A stretch of DNA of 63,835 nucleotides, counting the filler, from Reclinomonas americana ATCC 50394 (taxonomy: Eukaryota), in NCBI GenBank assembly GCA_048213135.1. It is 6 parts of 3 records of this genome, joined end to end, with 100 filler letters (N's around TTAATTAATTAA, not from the genome) between each part and the next. Parts side by side here need not be neighbours in the genome. Positions count along the whole stretch, not along the records: positions 48,452 to 59,047 come from PS015035.1; positions 59,148 to 62,635 come from PS015036.1; positions 62,736 to 63,835 come from PS015045.1; 3 more parts are not named here. One strand, 5' to 3'. The notes below the pieces were generated by a model. That model was not told the DNA's origin, made no database searches, and worked only from the letters and a program-made list of their open reading frames with translations. Every line of letters starts with the position of its first letter. Position 1 is the stretch's first letter. The position numbers were made by a program, and so were the translations under genes. Shown one piece after another: positions 52,211-63,835 of this stretch.

Positions 52211-52417
52211 TCAGGATCGCCTTTGTCTCGTCCATTGCTCTTCTTGCCTTCCTCAATCATCGCCTTCTTCCGCCGCCTTTGCGGCCACATCTCCAGTTGT
52301 CACCCTTGATACATCATCTCTTGCCATCGTCCCTTGTCTCGCTCCGTCTCCTTCACTGCTTTCGAGTTGTCACCACTCGCAGTTGTCGCTCATTCCTCGG
52401 AGTTTTTCCCTCGTCAG

Positions 52418-53084
52418 TCTCTGGAGAACACGCATGCGTCGCCGTTTGCGCAGTTCAAACAGTGGTTTCAGCAGTGCGTGGATGCCGGGGTGAGTGATCC
52501 GGCGGCCACGTGCTTGGCCACTGCGGACGAGGCGGGGCGGCCGTCGGCGCGCATGGTGCTGCTGAAGGAGATGCAGGATGGGCGCGGTTTTGTGTTTTTC
52601 ACCAACTGGGCCAGCCGCAAGGGCGCGCAGTTGCGTGCGAATCCGCACGCGTCCATGTGCTTCTACTGGGGTGATGTGCACCGGTCGGTGCGGGTGGAGG
52701 GCGTGGTGGAGCAGGTCGACGAGACCGAGTCGGAGGAGTACTTTCAGTTGAGATGTGCTTTCTCTCCCCACACAGTTCGTTTGCGTGGGTGACTAATGGC
52801 TGGTGCACAGCATGAGACCGCGCGCGTCGCAGCTCGGAGCCATTGCGTCGCACCAGTCGCAACCGCTCGAGTCGTACGAGGTGCTGCGGGAGCGTGTGCA
52901 GGAGCTGGAGCGCGAGTTTGAGGGTCGCGATCCACCGCGGCCGGCGACGTGGGGTGGCGGGCGGCTAGTGCCCACCCGCGTGGAGTTTTGGCAGGGCGAC
53001 GAGTCGCGACTGCATCACCGCGTGGAATACGTGCGGGACTCGGTGCACGACGAGGAGTGGAGGCGACAGCTGCTGAACCCGTGA
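52418..53084 (+). CDS. pdxH: Pyridoxamine 5'-phosphate oxidase; first exon not located
   Basis: PFAQFKQWF, LATA..GRPSARMVLLK, FFTNWASRKG, YFHMRPRASQLGA, EFWQGDESRLHHR. Confidence 0.93.
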
Positions 53085-53160
53085 TTGAAAACACAATGTG
53101 CCATTGCTGCAATGATGATTTTTCACTCCCACCTTCCTTCGAATTCACCCACCCCTTTCC

Positions 53161-56100
53161 TCATTGTGACAACCGCACACTCTGCAGCTCCTGCTGCATG
53201 TCGGTGACCAATCGGAGCGAATCGCCAACGTTCTTGCGCACACCCGACTGCAGCTTGTCCAACTGCGACTCGGTCACCACGCCGCCAATGACCTCTTCGC
53301 AGGCGGCGATCTGGCCGCTCACCAAGGCCGCCGCCGACTCGCGCAAATGTGTCAGCTGCCGGTCGGCAGTGGCGCAAAACTCTCGCAATGCACCCAACGT
53401 CAGCGCCGCCGCCTTGCTCGTCTCACCACGCCACACTGCCACACCAGCGCCGGCGTCGGCAGCCGGCGGCAGTTCAGCCCATGAACCGGCCACTGTGCAG
53501 GAGGGAGAAAAAGGTGAGCACCGGCGCAGCGCATTCAGGGGGCGCACGACAAAACTGACCTGCTTCCGCGCCGCCCTTGCCCTTCTTGCCGCCCTTGTTC
53601 TTGTTGCCCGCCGAACCCAACGCCACATCCCACACCGTGGGCAGCAGCAACACGGCCCACGACAATTGGTCCGCCAGCACCGGGGCCACCGTCGGCAACA
53701 CGTGCCACACCTGTGCGTGTGTGCCGTGAGAAGCATGTGCGAGAGAGAAATCACCAGAGGCAGCGACAAACCGGCTGCCCTGGTCGGCCCAGGAAGTCAC
53801 TGTAATCCGTCAGCAGCTCGCGGCAGCGCAGTGCCACCGTCACCACGGCGTTGCGCACTTGCAGCGCCGACTGCTCCTCCGACGCTTGCACCAGGCGCGA
53901 TGCCGCCACATCGTGCGCGGCTGCAATGATCGACAAGAAGAAGGTCCAGTCACGCGACTGCCGCTCGCTGACTGATGCCTCGGCCAGCGCCGCCTCCACC
54001 GCCTGTCGCGCCTGCTGCAGTGCCTCGAGCGCACTCGGGGGTGGTGCGGCAGCACTTGAGCCTGCACACACAGTCAGTCACCACCAAATAGTGTACACCG
54101 TTGTGCAAGCAACGCAACTGGCTCCTTCGTCGACCGACGCGGAAGCCGCCGCACTGCCCTTCTTGCCCTTCTTTCCGCCACCACCACCACCACCACCACC
54201 ACCTGCTGGCTTCTTCTCCGCGGCCGCAAACAGTGCCGCCAAGGTGTGCATCAGCAGCACCGACACCGCCGCTCGCAGACGAATGATGCGCGCTTGTGGT
54301 TCGACGGACGCACGCGCGGCCTCCGGCACCAAAAACTTGTGCATCGACAGAGCCTCCACGTCGGTGGGCTCGTACAAATCAAAAACACTGCGCATCAGGG
54401 GTGTCAGCACAACGATACGAGAATGAGTGGCACAGCACACACAATACACAACGTAATGTCAGGCTTGTGCACGAGACCATTGCCAAACTCTGCGGATTGC
54501 AACCGGGCCACCAACTGGTGATCAATGTTGTTCTGCAGGTACTTGAGTGCGTCCTGCGGTGTCTGCGCATTCGTGTGCAAATCCACAAGCACCTGCGTGA
54601 CCGCGCACAGAGTGAGAACACACACATCAACTTGATGGTCATCCATGATAATGCCAACTTACTTTGTCTACGCGTGCACCGACACGCAGTGCGCTCATCT
54701 CCAGCCGGTGCTTGAAGCGCGCCATCTCCACCACCTTGGAGTAGGAGCCGGTTGTGAAGGGGAACATGATGACTTCGGGGTTCGACTCGTTGTAGTGCTG
54801 ACGGTGGAATTTCTGCGCGAGAGGCACAAAGATTGAGCTCCAGGCAAATACTTGAGGAAAGGAGACGACAACCAAAGACCTCCAACTTCTCGTACAGTCC
54901 CTGCAACGATGACAGCGAGCCGTACGCCTGCAAGTCGTACGTCACCAGGAAACCGAGTGATTCGCGCTGCAGGTTCTTCACATCGAGGTCCTTGTAGGCC
55001 TCCACCGCCGCCGCCGTGGCACCGAGATGCACGTACAGCCGCAGAAGGAGAAGGCGGAATTGGAAAAAGTTGGATGAGCGCGCCACACCGGCCTCCAGTG
55101 CCGCAATCGCCACCAGCAGAGGCCGCAGATCGTCCTGTTGTCACAATCAGGCACGTGGCGGACAACACCAAACTCGGTGTATACACACACACACACACAC
55201 ACAAACCGGCGACTTCATGTAGGCGTCAACGCACGACAGGGCCGCCAGCAACAAGAACTCATCGCCATACTGGAACTCGCGTGCATCTTTGCGGTACCTC
55301 TCCAGTGGCACCAGACTCAAGTACCGCTCGTAGTAGTCGCGAGCCATCGCCAAGTCATCGTCGCGCGAGACGCTGAGCTTGTTGCGTGAGTACCGTCGCA
55401 GCTGCTCGATGCACTTGAGTCGCTGCACGTGCTTCAGGAAGGTGGCACGCACGGCGCCCGGGTCATCGGCTGCGGTCTCCAGTGCCTCTTCCTGCAGAGG
55501 TTGGGGGAGTTTGTGAGCACATAAAGAATGAGAGGGAAGTGGGTGTGTGGTGGCAAGTCAACACGCCCGTACCCGCGTTGGCGATGTCGGCACCGTGGAA
55601 CGCATGCGGTCCAGCAGCTGCGCGACGGCCTCGGCACCGGGTAGACCTGGTATCCATTTGATGATGGTGAGGCAATAGTCATGGTGAAATCAACTCTTCG
55701 ACATGCGCGCACCAACGTCGAGCTCCAGCAGCGCTGACGTGGAGTACGGGCTCATGTCCAAGAAGCACGATGGCTTGTCGCCAAATGTGCCAAAGTACGA
55801 GCCGAGGAGCTCACTCAATCGCTTCTCGCGAATCACGGCCTCTCCGGCAACCGGCAGGTCGCCGCGGAGCACGCGTGCTTTCAACTCGATCTCGGCCAGG
55901 AACGGTCCACGCAGCGGGAGAGGCTTGCCCCTCTGCGCCTCTTGCAACTCGCGCAGCAACTCACACACGGCAGCCACTGTGGTGCACACGGGAAGCGCGA
56001 CTCCACTCGATCCCGATGCATCACCAGCTGCAACGAGGAATAATGAGTTACACAAGAATATTGAAAGTTGACTGGAGAGTGAGCGCACCTGCAGCGGGTG

Positions 56101-57217
56101 CAGCGGGAGACTTGGACGGTGGCGTGCCCACCGGCGTCAACGCATGTGGCGGCATGGCAAAGTTCACCATGTCCACACTGACAGTCGCTGCTGGATCGGC
56201 TGTCGACAAGAGAAAATGAGTCGGGGAAGAAAAGAAACAGCCTGCTGCCTGCTTCCACCCACCTCCGGCCGCCGACTCGTGCAACACAGGCAGCGAATCG
56301 AGCAGTGCCATGTGCGTCATCCAGTCGTCGGCATCGATGCACCGCAAGTACAGCACGAAACACGCATTGGCACGCAGGATATCGCCGGTCTTGCGATACA
56401 GGAACGCCAGATCCCGCACACGATCGGCATTGACGCGGAAGAGCGCACCGAGCGGTCCACGCAGCACTTCGGCGGCCTCGGCAGTTTTGCCCAGTCGCTC
56501 GAGAATATCGACATGCAAGCGCACCTGCTCATCCGTGGTCATCCCATTCGACGTGACAAGTCGTGTCATGAATCGCTCCGCCAGCTCCAACAGCCGCTTC
56601 TCCGCCCCGAACTCAACCTGCAGCAGCACCGACGACGCCGTCCACAGCAAGTACTGCATGCGCCTCTCGATTGAGCGATGACACTGACAAGGAGACTTCT
56701 CAACAGACAGGCTTGCCTTGTTTGTGTCAGTCCACTTGCGGAACAAATCAAATGCCGTCTGCTGCGCCTCCAAGAAGCGCGACTGTGACACATGCAAGGA
56801 GAAGAGTCCCTCGCCCAAGTCGCGATCATGCGGAGCTGCAGTGTACGCGCGATCGTACAGCTCCGCCACGCGCTCCCTCCGATCCAACACCTTGTACACT
56901 TCGGTCAGAATGCGCAGCACACTGGCCAGAGTCGGAGACTCGGCCGACACCTCCTCTGCCAGCAGCAGAGCTTCTTCCTGCACACAGACAAGCAAAGCGC
57001 GTGTCACACACAGTGGCGGAGAGAGTGCGACATGCAAGACATGGCGCACCCGCGAATCCTGCTTGCTCAGGCAGAGAGCCTTCAGAGCGCGCAGGTTCTG
57101 ACTGGAGCGCTGCTTGCTCAGCGCCGACTGGATCTGCTTGAGAGCACCGCGAGTGTCGCGCCTGTCAATGAGGTCGGTGATTTGCCGAATGCGATGAAAG
57201 TCGGGCTCGTTCATCAT
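53161..57217 (-). CDS. NAA25: NatB auxiliary subunit NAA25/MDM20-like TPR protein
   Basis: IRQITDLID, LRALKALCL, DADDWM, LRGPFLAEIEL, YFGTFGDKPSCF, NFFQFRLLLLRLY..LGA, LDVKNLQRESLG. Confidence 0.9.
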
Positions 57218-57372
57218 GGTTGTGCAAGTCGCAAGCTGCAAGCGTGCACACTCCCTCCAGTCGCACAATGAAGGGATCTGAAGGCAACACTCGACGATTG
57301 AAGGACAACATGATTGCAATACTTCGTGACGTTCAATCACGAGACAACAGACGACGTCGTCTGCATGCGTGT

Positions 57373-58212
57373 CTATGTACGCAGATAGGAGGCACCATTG
57401 ACATCGAGCACAGCTCCGGTCATGGCCGGTGGCGCGTCCAGTGCGCAAAAGACGGTGGCGGTGGCGACCTCTTCCGGCTCGGTGACCCGTCCGAGCGGAT
57501 GCTGCGCGGCGACTTCGGCGGCACCCAACGCCAGCAGGCTCGCAGTCGCCATGTCGGTGTTGACCCAGCCCGGGGCCACGCAGTACACGCGGACGCCGTG
57601 CGGTGCCAGGGCCTTGGCCATGGACTGCGACAGGGAATTCAGCGCGGCTTTGCTGGCACCATAGGCCGGGGCCGTGGGCTCGCCACGGAAGGCTCCTCGG
57701 GAGGAGATGTTGACAATGGAGCCGCCGGTGCCACTGCTGACCATGGACTGCGCGGCCAGCAGAGACAAGTCGGCCGGGGCGCGAATGTTGGTGGCCAGGA
57801 TCGAGTCCCACGCCTGTCGCCACGCGTGCAAGCCGGTCTCTAATGGTGGGTGGTCCTCGTAGATGCCGGCGTTGTTGATGAGAATGGTGGGCGGGCGACC
57901 GAGTCGCTCACACGCGTCTTTCCACAGCTGAGCGACGGCGTCGGGTCGGCCGAGATCGCACGGAGGCAAAATCACGTGCCCCGTGCCCTGCAACTCCGAC
58001 GCCGTCTGCTCCGCCGCCGCTCGGTTGCTGCAGTAGTGCAGGGCGACCTGCACTCCGCGGGCGGCAAGCTGCTGCGCGACGCAGCGACCAATGCCTCGAG
58101 AGGCGCCTGTAACCAGTGCAGCTTGGCCACTGCTGCTGCTGTCGATTGCTGATGCAGTGTCAGCCAATGCACGCATGCATGCGTGTGGTGTGAATGCAAC
58201 CTCGCGCAACAT
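57373..58212 (-). CDS. Classical short-chain dehydrogenase (FabG-like); 5' end uncertain
   Basis: TGASRGIG, INNAG, VNISSRGA, YGASK, APGWVNT, DVNGASYLRT*. Confidence 0.92.
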   Translation of the reverse strand: MLREVAFTPHACMRALADTASAIDSSSSGQAALVTGASRGIGRCVAQQLAARGVQVALHYCSNRAAAEQTASELQGTGHVILPPCDLGRPDAVAQLWKDACERLGRPPTILINNAGIYEDHPPLETGLHAWRQAWDSILATNIRAPADLSLLAAQSMVSSGTGGSIVNISSRGAFRGEPTAPAYGASKAALNSLSQSMAKALAPHGVRVYCVAPGWVNTDMATASLLALGAAEVAAQHPLGRVTEPEEVATATVFCALDAPPAMTGAVLDVNGASYLRT

Positions 58213-59190
58213 CTCGGTGCTGGGGGAGAGTAGCTGCTGGGAGGTGGCGATGGTGATTGTGGTGGTGGAGATTGGTGGAAGAATGCAGAGAGGAGCGGGA
58301 AGAGGAGTGCTGCGGCGGCGGCGGCGCGCACCAGATCGTCGGCGTTCAACACCAGTTCAACAGCGAATGAGGACTTGAACACAGGCTCGTCGCGTGGGGC
58401 CAAAAGGCCTGGCGACTGCGTCGAGCCCATGCTGCAATGAAAATGTCCTGCTTCGCTCATCGATTGATGACTTCACGTGCACACGTATTCATTCAAGCAT
58501 TCACCACCCACCCACCCATCACCGCCGCTGTCCCCTTGTGTGCTACAGTGCGCAGTCTCACAAGCCTGGCTGATTCGACACAGCTCGCTCGCTCGCTCGC
58601 TTTCTCCTGCATCGGCCTTCTTGGCTGGCTTTCTCATCAACAACATCTCCTTTTCCACCAGCTGCTGATGCTCTCGATCTCCTCCTCCTCCTCCTGCTGC
58701 TGCTGGTCGATTCTTATTGTGTTTTCTTTGTATAACAATCGAGGCAAAAAGTATTCAAACCACATCAACAGTAGCAACTCGCGCACATTCTACACAGCAA
58801 TCTCAACAACAACAAACAGCAACAAACAACAACAACAACAACAACAGCTGGCATCGACTGGTCGACAAACTGGCGCTCACAAGCGCTGCTGATCATCCTC
58901 CTCATGCTCCTCACGCTCCACGATCATCATCATCATCATCACCTCACACTTCCTCCTCAAATCATTCTGTCATTTCGCTGCTGCTGTTGCTGCTGTGTTT
59001 TTCTGTGTGCGTACCGGCTGCACCACCAACTGAGGAAGGGAAGACACNNNNNNNNNNNNNNNNNNNNNNNNNNNNNNNNNNNNNNNNNNNNTTAATTAAT
59101 TAANNNNNNNNNNNNNNNNNNNNNNNNNNNNNNNNNNNNNNNNNNNNCCCCTCCCTCACTGTCAACTGAAAAAACAATTACGCGACTACA

Positions 59191-59687
59191 GGTTCATGCC
59201 GCCGTGGGCCCGGACCAGCCCATGAACGGGGAGGAGGGAGAGGGAGAGGGGGCACGCGGTGGCAACGTGATTCCATCGGTGCGATTGCCGCCTCTGTCAT
59301 CCGTGCGTGGTGATGGTGCATCTCGCGGACTGCAACCATTCGACGAGAGCGGCGTCGATATTCCGCCACGGCCGTCGGCTGTGGCACGCTCACTGACGCC
59401 CACGAACACCATGTCGCCCAAGTCTGTGGGACGATCGAGCGCCGCAGCAGCCGCGGCGCCTGCCGCGGCTGGTGAGAGCACTGGCGCAACGCCGGCGAGT
59501 GGCAATCGCGCCCTCAGCAGCCTGGTGAAACGAGTAGAAAAGTCGCTCACGGGCGAACAAGGCACACGCTCACTGCGAGGTTTGCCAATCCCCACTGTCT
59601 CGCATTTGTTGCGTGCATGCTTGCCTCACTCACGCATCTTCAATGACAGGCATCTTGGAGTCGCGCTCCGTGAACCCGATTACCGTC
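59191..59687 (+). CDS. Internal exons of an unidentified low-complexity protein on a short gap-bounded contig
   Basis: Acceptor ...ctacag at 59191, open frame, in-frame intron beginning 59608. Confidence 0.4.
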
Positions 59688-59707
59688 NNNNNNNNNNNNN
59701 NNNNNNN

Positions 59708-61595
59708 AGGGAGGGGAAGAATGCGTTGCACAAACCAATTCGGCGCTCGCCAGTCGTGGAGACCGAGGTGAGGTGGGGCGGTAGTTCTCGGGCTTTGGGG
59801 GCACAGGTGGCAGCACCGGCAAGCTGGCCAACAGTTCAGCTGACATTGGCGCCATTGTCGGCGACGATTGTGGAGAATGCTGCTGCGATGGCGACTGCTT
59901 CCTTTCGTCTGCGTGTCGATGAGAGTGAGGTCAGCGACATCATCACATGCGCGCACGCATTCGAGCACACCGACCTTGAAAGCGCACTCGATGGGGCGAA
60001 AGAGGCTTGGACTCTGCGCACAGGCTGATGAGAAAAAAGGTCGGCAGAAATAAAAGGAAAAGCCCTTCTGGCAACACACACCGGCGTGAGGAGCAATGGA
60101 TGACGGTCGAGGTGGCGACGAAGGAGCCGCATCCACTGCTTCCATGTCAACGTCTTCCCGCTGCGCTCGCACCAGGGGCACAGGCTGGCTGCCGGCGTCG
60201 GCCGCCGTCCGGGCCAGTGCATTGGTGGCACGAATGTCTTGCACAATGCTGCTGCCGCCGTAGCTGGTGCCACTCAGTGGCGAGCGCTGCGTGGAGCCAT
60301 TGGCAATGGCCGCCGACTGGGGCGACGGATGGGACAGCGACTCGTGGAAAGTGTCACGGACGACGTCGTGCACGCGTGCTCGCAACGACGACGGACTCGT
60401 TTCGTCGGCATTGACCGCCGCAGTCGGTTGGTACTGATAGTGTGGATGACCAGTGGCCGCCGCCACTGCGACACGCGCCGGCGACGATCGCGCACTCCCG
60501 CTGTCGGTGGAGCTCGGAGACCGACCATCGGCAGAGAACGCCGGCCCCAATGCCGACTCCTCGTTGTCCAACGCCATTCTCCGCGATACTTCGTCGGCCA
60601 CAGTGGCCGACGACAATCGCTGAGCGGCCACTCCGCTGCCGAAACCAGAGCCTGCGTGCGCGACATTTTTGAGAAGCTAGGAGGGAAGGGAGAGAGAAAA
60701 ATAGGGAGAGAACGCACCAGGCAGCTGGCTGTCCATTGAGCGAAGCAACTGGCGCAAAATGGCGACCGTCTGCGCTTCCGGCGTAGCCTCCATGGCGGGC
60801 AGCATTCGAGAGTCGGCGCCGCCGGCGGCGGTGGCGGGTGCCGATGCCGGTTGAGGAGTGGCCAGCGCGCTCATACTGAGTAGTGGCATGGCGGGTGACG
60901 AGTCGCCGCCACTGAGGACGCATCACACAGTGCGATTAGGAGAGCGACAATCATAGGTGGAAGAAAAAAGAAAGAGCGCACTCACCGAGCCGACGGCGGC
61001 AGTGAACCAGAGGCTGCCGACCGCGGAGAACTGGAGAAACTCATCGCGTCATGCGAGGCGCCCTTGCTGTCGTTTCCTGTGGGGGCGGCGGCGGCGGCGG
61101 CGGCGGCGACGGCCACCATCATGTACGAATCGGCTCCGTGCGGGCTCCCGCCGTTACTTGCCGCATGCGCACCCGCTCCCGTCGGTGCCGACGTCAGCGT
61201 GGCGTAGCCATTCATGGGACTGGAAGCGAGTGCCGATGGAGTGAGCGGTGGTGAGCGCCGAGGCGACATGTCGTGTGCGGGCTCATTCACGGAGGAGTCG
61301 AGTTGCTGCAGCGGCGAGACAGCCGCCGGATGGCGGCGCACACCGAGCGGCGGCGAACATGAAATCTCCACGGTCTCCGAATCTAAGAGGGGACGATTGA
61401 GAGTTTGGCGTAGAGGGGAAAAGAGTGCGCCTCATCACCAATCACGCAACTCTGCTCCGCCACCTCGACAATCGAGTCGCATTCGGACTGCGACAGCTCG
61501 TTTCCCGAGAGATTAATGTAGGCCAGCTTCGGGTGCACTCGCAGCACGTCCACAATGGCACGACAGCCGTCGTATTGCACAAAATTGTCGCGCAG
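59708..61595 (-). CDS. C-terminal part of an RI-like LRR protein followed by Ser/Ala/Pro-rich exons
   Basis: LRDNFV...LAYINLSGNEL, then intron 61450-61383 splices in frame into NSETVEISCSPP... and onward exons. Confidence 0.6.
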
Positions 61596-61839
61596 NNNNN
61601 NNNNNNNNNNNNNNNNNNNNNNNNNNNNNNNNNNNNNNNNNNNNNNNNNNNNNNNNNNNNNNNNNNNNNNNNNNNNNNNNNNNNNNNNNNNNNNNNNNNN
61701 NNNNNNNNNNNNNNNNNNNNNNNNNNNNNNNNNNNNNNNNNNNNNNNNNNNNNNNNNNNNNNNNNNNNNNNNNNNNNNNNNNNNNNNNNNNNNNNNNNNN
61801 NNNNNNNNNNNNNNNNNNNNNNNNNNNNNNNNNNNNNNN

Positions 61840-62635
61840 TTCCGAAGTGCGTCCAACATGGCCCGCTCATCTCCCTCGCGCCCTGTGACAGCGTTGGCCT
61901 GGACGACGAGGGCACTGAGCGCGTGTGTGCGTCTCTTGTGCGCTCGGCCAGTGGCACTCTGCAGCAGCTGCTGCTGGGCGGGAATCGCATTGGGAATGTG
62001 GGAGCGGCGGCGGTGGGGCGTCTCCTCCAGCGCCACAATCAGTCGGTGCGCGCTCTCAATCTCCGATTCAACATGATTGGCGACGAGGGCGTGGTCGCGC
62101 TCGCCGATGGACTGGCCTTCCACCCGCAGATCCGTCTAGTGAATCTCTCGTCGAATGCGGTGCGCGATCGGGGAGCGGCGGCACTGGCGGCGGCCATTGC
62201 CAGCAATCCGCGATTGGAGCGGGTCGAGCTGTTTGGGAACAATGTGCAGGCGGTGGGCGCCAAGGCGCTGGCCGATGCGTGTGGCTCGCGCAGCATTCCG
62301 GTGGCGATTGATCTGTGGTGCAATCGCCTCGGGGTGCACGGAGCGCAGGCGTTTGCCGGCGCCCTCGACAGGTTCGTGTCGGGTTTGGCGGAGCTGTCGC
62401 TCGGCAAGAACGACATTCGCGACGATGGGGTGGTGTCGTTGGCGCGCGCGCTGGAGAGGAACTCGTCGCTGCTTGTGTTGCGTCGAACGTACCTCAACAA
62501 CATCTTCTTGTTGTCGCTGTACTCACGCATTGGTGGCGGTGCAGATTGGATCTGAGCGGCAACGACATCACCTCCAGTGGGGCGCGCAGTCTGGCCATGG
62601 GACTGTCGGTGAATCAGGTGCTGCAGCGCTTGCTG
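61840..62635 (+). CDS. RI-like/NLRC3-type leucine-rich repeats (fragment, probably an inverted contig of the adjacent gene)
   Basis: 28-aa repeats LxxLxLxxNxIGxxGAxAL. Confidence 0.88.
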
Positions 62636-63219
62636 NNNNNNNNNNNNNNNNNNNNNNNNNNNNNNNNNNNNNNNNNNNNTTAATTAATTAANNNNNNNNN
62701 NNNNNNNNNNNNNNNNNNNNNNNNNNNNNNNNNNNGGTGACGGATCGCGCTTCGACACGCCCGAGGTGACCGTGGCGGCGGTGGTGGTGGCGGTGGCCGT
62801 GGTGGTGGTCGTCGTCGTGTTGCTGGTGTTGAGGGCTGAGAAGCCGGCGGCGGCGGCGGCGGCGTTCTTGGCGGAGAGGGTGCCGGCGGAGGAGATGAGG
62901 GCCATGACGCGGGTGATGGCGGAGTTCTGCGAAAAGGGGGAAGGGAGGGGGTGAGGGAAAAGGGAAAGGGGGAGGAAAGGGGGAAAGGGGGAAAGGGGGA
63001 GAGGGGGAGAGAAGGGGAAGGGGGTGAGAAGGGGGAGAGGGCGACGGAAGGGGTCTTTTTCATGCCCTCCTGTGTGCCTTCTCTGTGTGTTTCCCTTCTC
63101 TGTGTTTCTGTACCTTTGCGTTCTTATGCTTCTCTGTGCTCTTGAACTTCTGTGTTCTGCCTTCTCTGTGCTTTTGACTTCTGTGTTTTGCCTTCTCTNN
63201 NNNNNNNNNNNNNNNNNNC

Positions 63220-63835
63220 ATGAGTGGCATCGCCGACCACGCCGCCGTGCGCCACAGCAATGGTCGACGCCGGGGCGTGAGTCACGGTCGGCGTGGCGGA
63301 GCGAGGCGCGGTGGGCGGTCTCTTGGCCAGTGTGGAGGCCGCCGTCTGATGCGTGCCAGTGGTGGTCACCGTCGAGGCGCCCTGCGCGAGCGACGACGAC
63401 GCCGAAATGGCGGCCGGCTCCTCCACTGGCGCGTCGTCGGCCGAGGGTGCCGGCGACGCACTGGTGACGCGGCGAACCTTGCGAACCTTTTTCTTGATCA
63501 CCACACGTGGTGTGCTCCTCGCCGACAAATCCGCCGCCGTCGGCACCGCCGGCTTTCTCGTCGCACTGCTGCCGCTATTGCCACTGCCGTAGCTGGTCGG
63601 CGTGATGCTGTTATTGTTGTTGTTGTTGTTGATGGTGGCGGCCGTGGCGGCGACGGTCGACGCCACCGTAATGGGAGAACGCGCCGAGTGGCGGGCGCTG
63701 GTTGGTCTCTTGGCGCGTTGCGCCTTGCCGTCCACCGGGGCCGCGGCTGGCAAGTGCTCGCGCTTCATCTTTTGCAACTCGAGTTGCCGGCGTGCCGAGG
63801 TGGAGAGCGTCGGTGAGGCGTTGGCCGACAGGCGT
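63220..63835 (-). CDS. Low-complexity Ser/Thr/Ala-rich coding fragment
   Basis: Open GC-rich frame truncated by a gap and the window end. Confidence 0.4.

Noticed and set aside
59708-62635. LRR gene in opposite-strand pieces as gene scrambling or trans-splicing
   Set aside because: Strand switches coincide with N gaps; scaffold mis-orientation is simpler

Overview
Eukaryotic, intron-rich, gene-dense genomic DNA, probably from a flagellated protist; the lineage cannot be determined from sequence alone. The window is six scaffolds concatenated with artificial N-TTAATTAATTAA-N linkers, with many internal gaps and microsatellites. By hand-splicing I reconstructed about 28 genes or gene fragments, including the RNA Pol I/III AC19 subunit, kinases, two P-loop paralogs, HslV plus a decayed copy, NDUFA1, mitochondrial RF2, archaemetzincin, RPL37, RPL36, an aminopropyltransferase, CPLANE2-like GTPase, PRP40, an RNase L/IRE1-like protein, PYROXD1, CCDC97, GCP4, TMED, CENP-H-like, LMF, ARM, a methyltransferase, PNPO, NAA25, an SDR and an LRR protein. 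The main signal is a two-class 5' splice-site code. About 36 of about 130 traced introns start GTT-NNGY (mostly GTTGCGT), the organism's normal donor (GTGCGT/GTACGT/GTGAGT) with one extra T that moves the conserved G from +5 to +6. All but one of these follow an exon that does not end in G, whereas about 80 G-ending exons use the normal register. All counts are manual and no transcript data were available.
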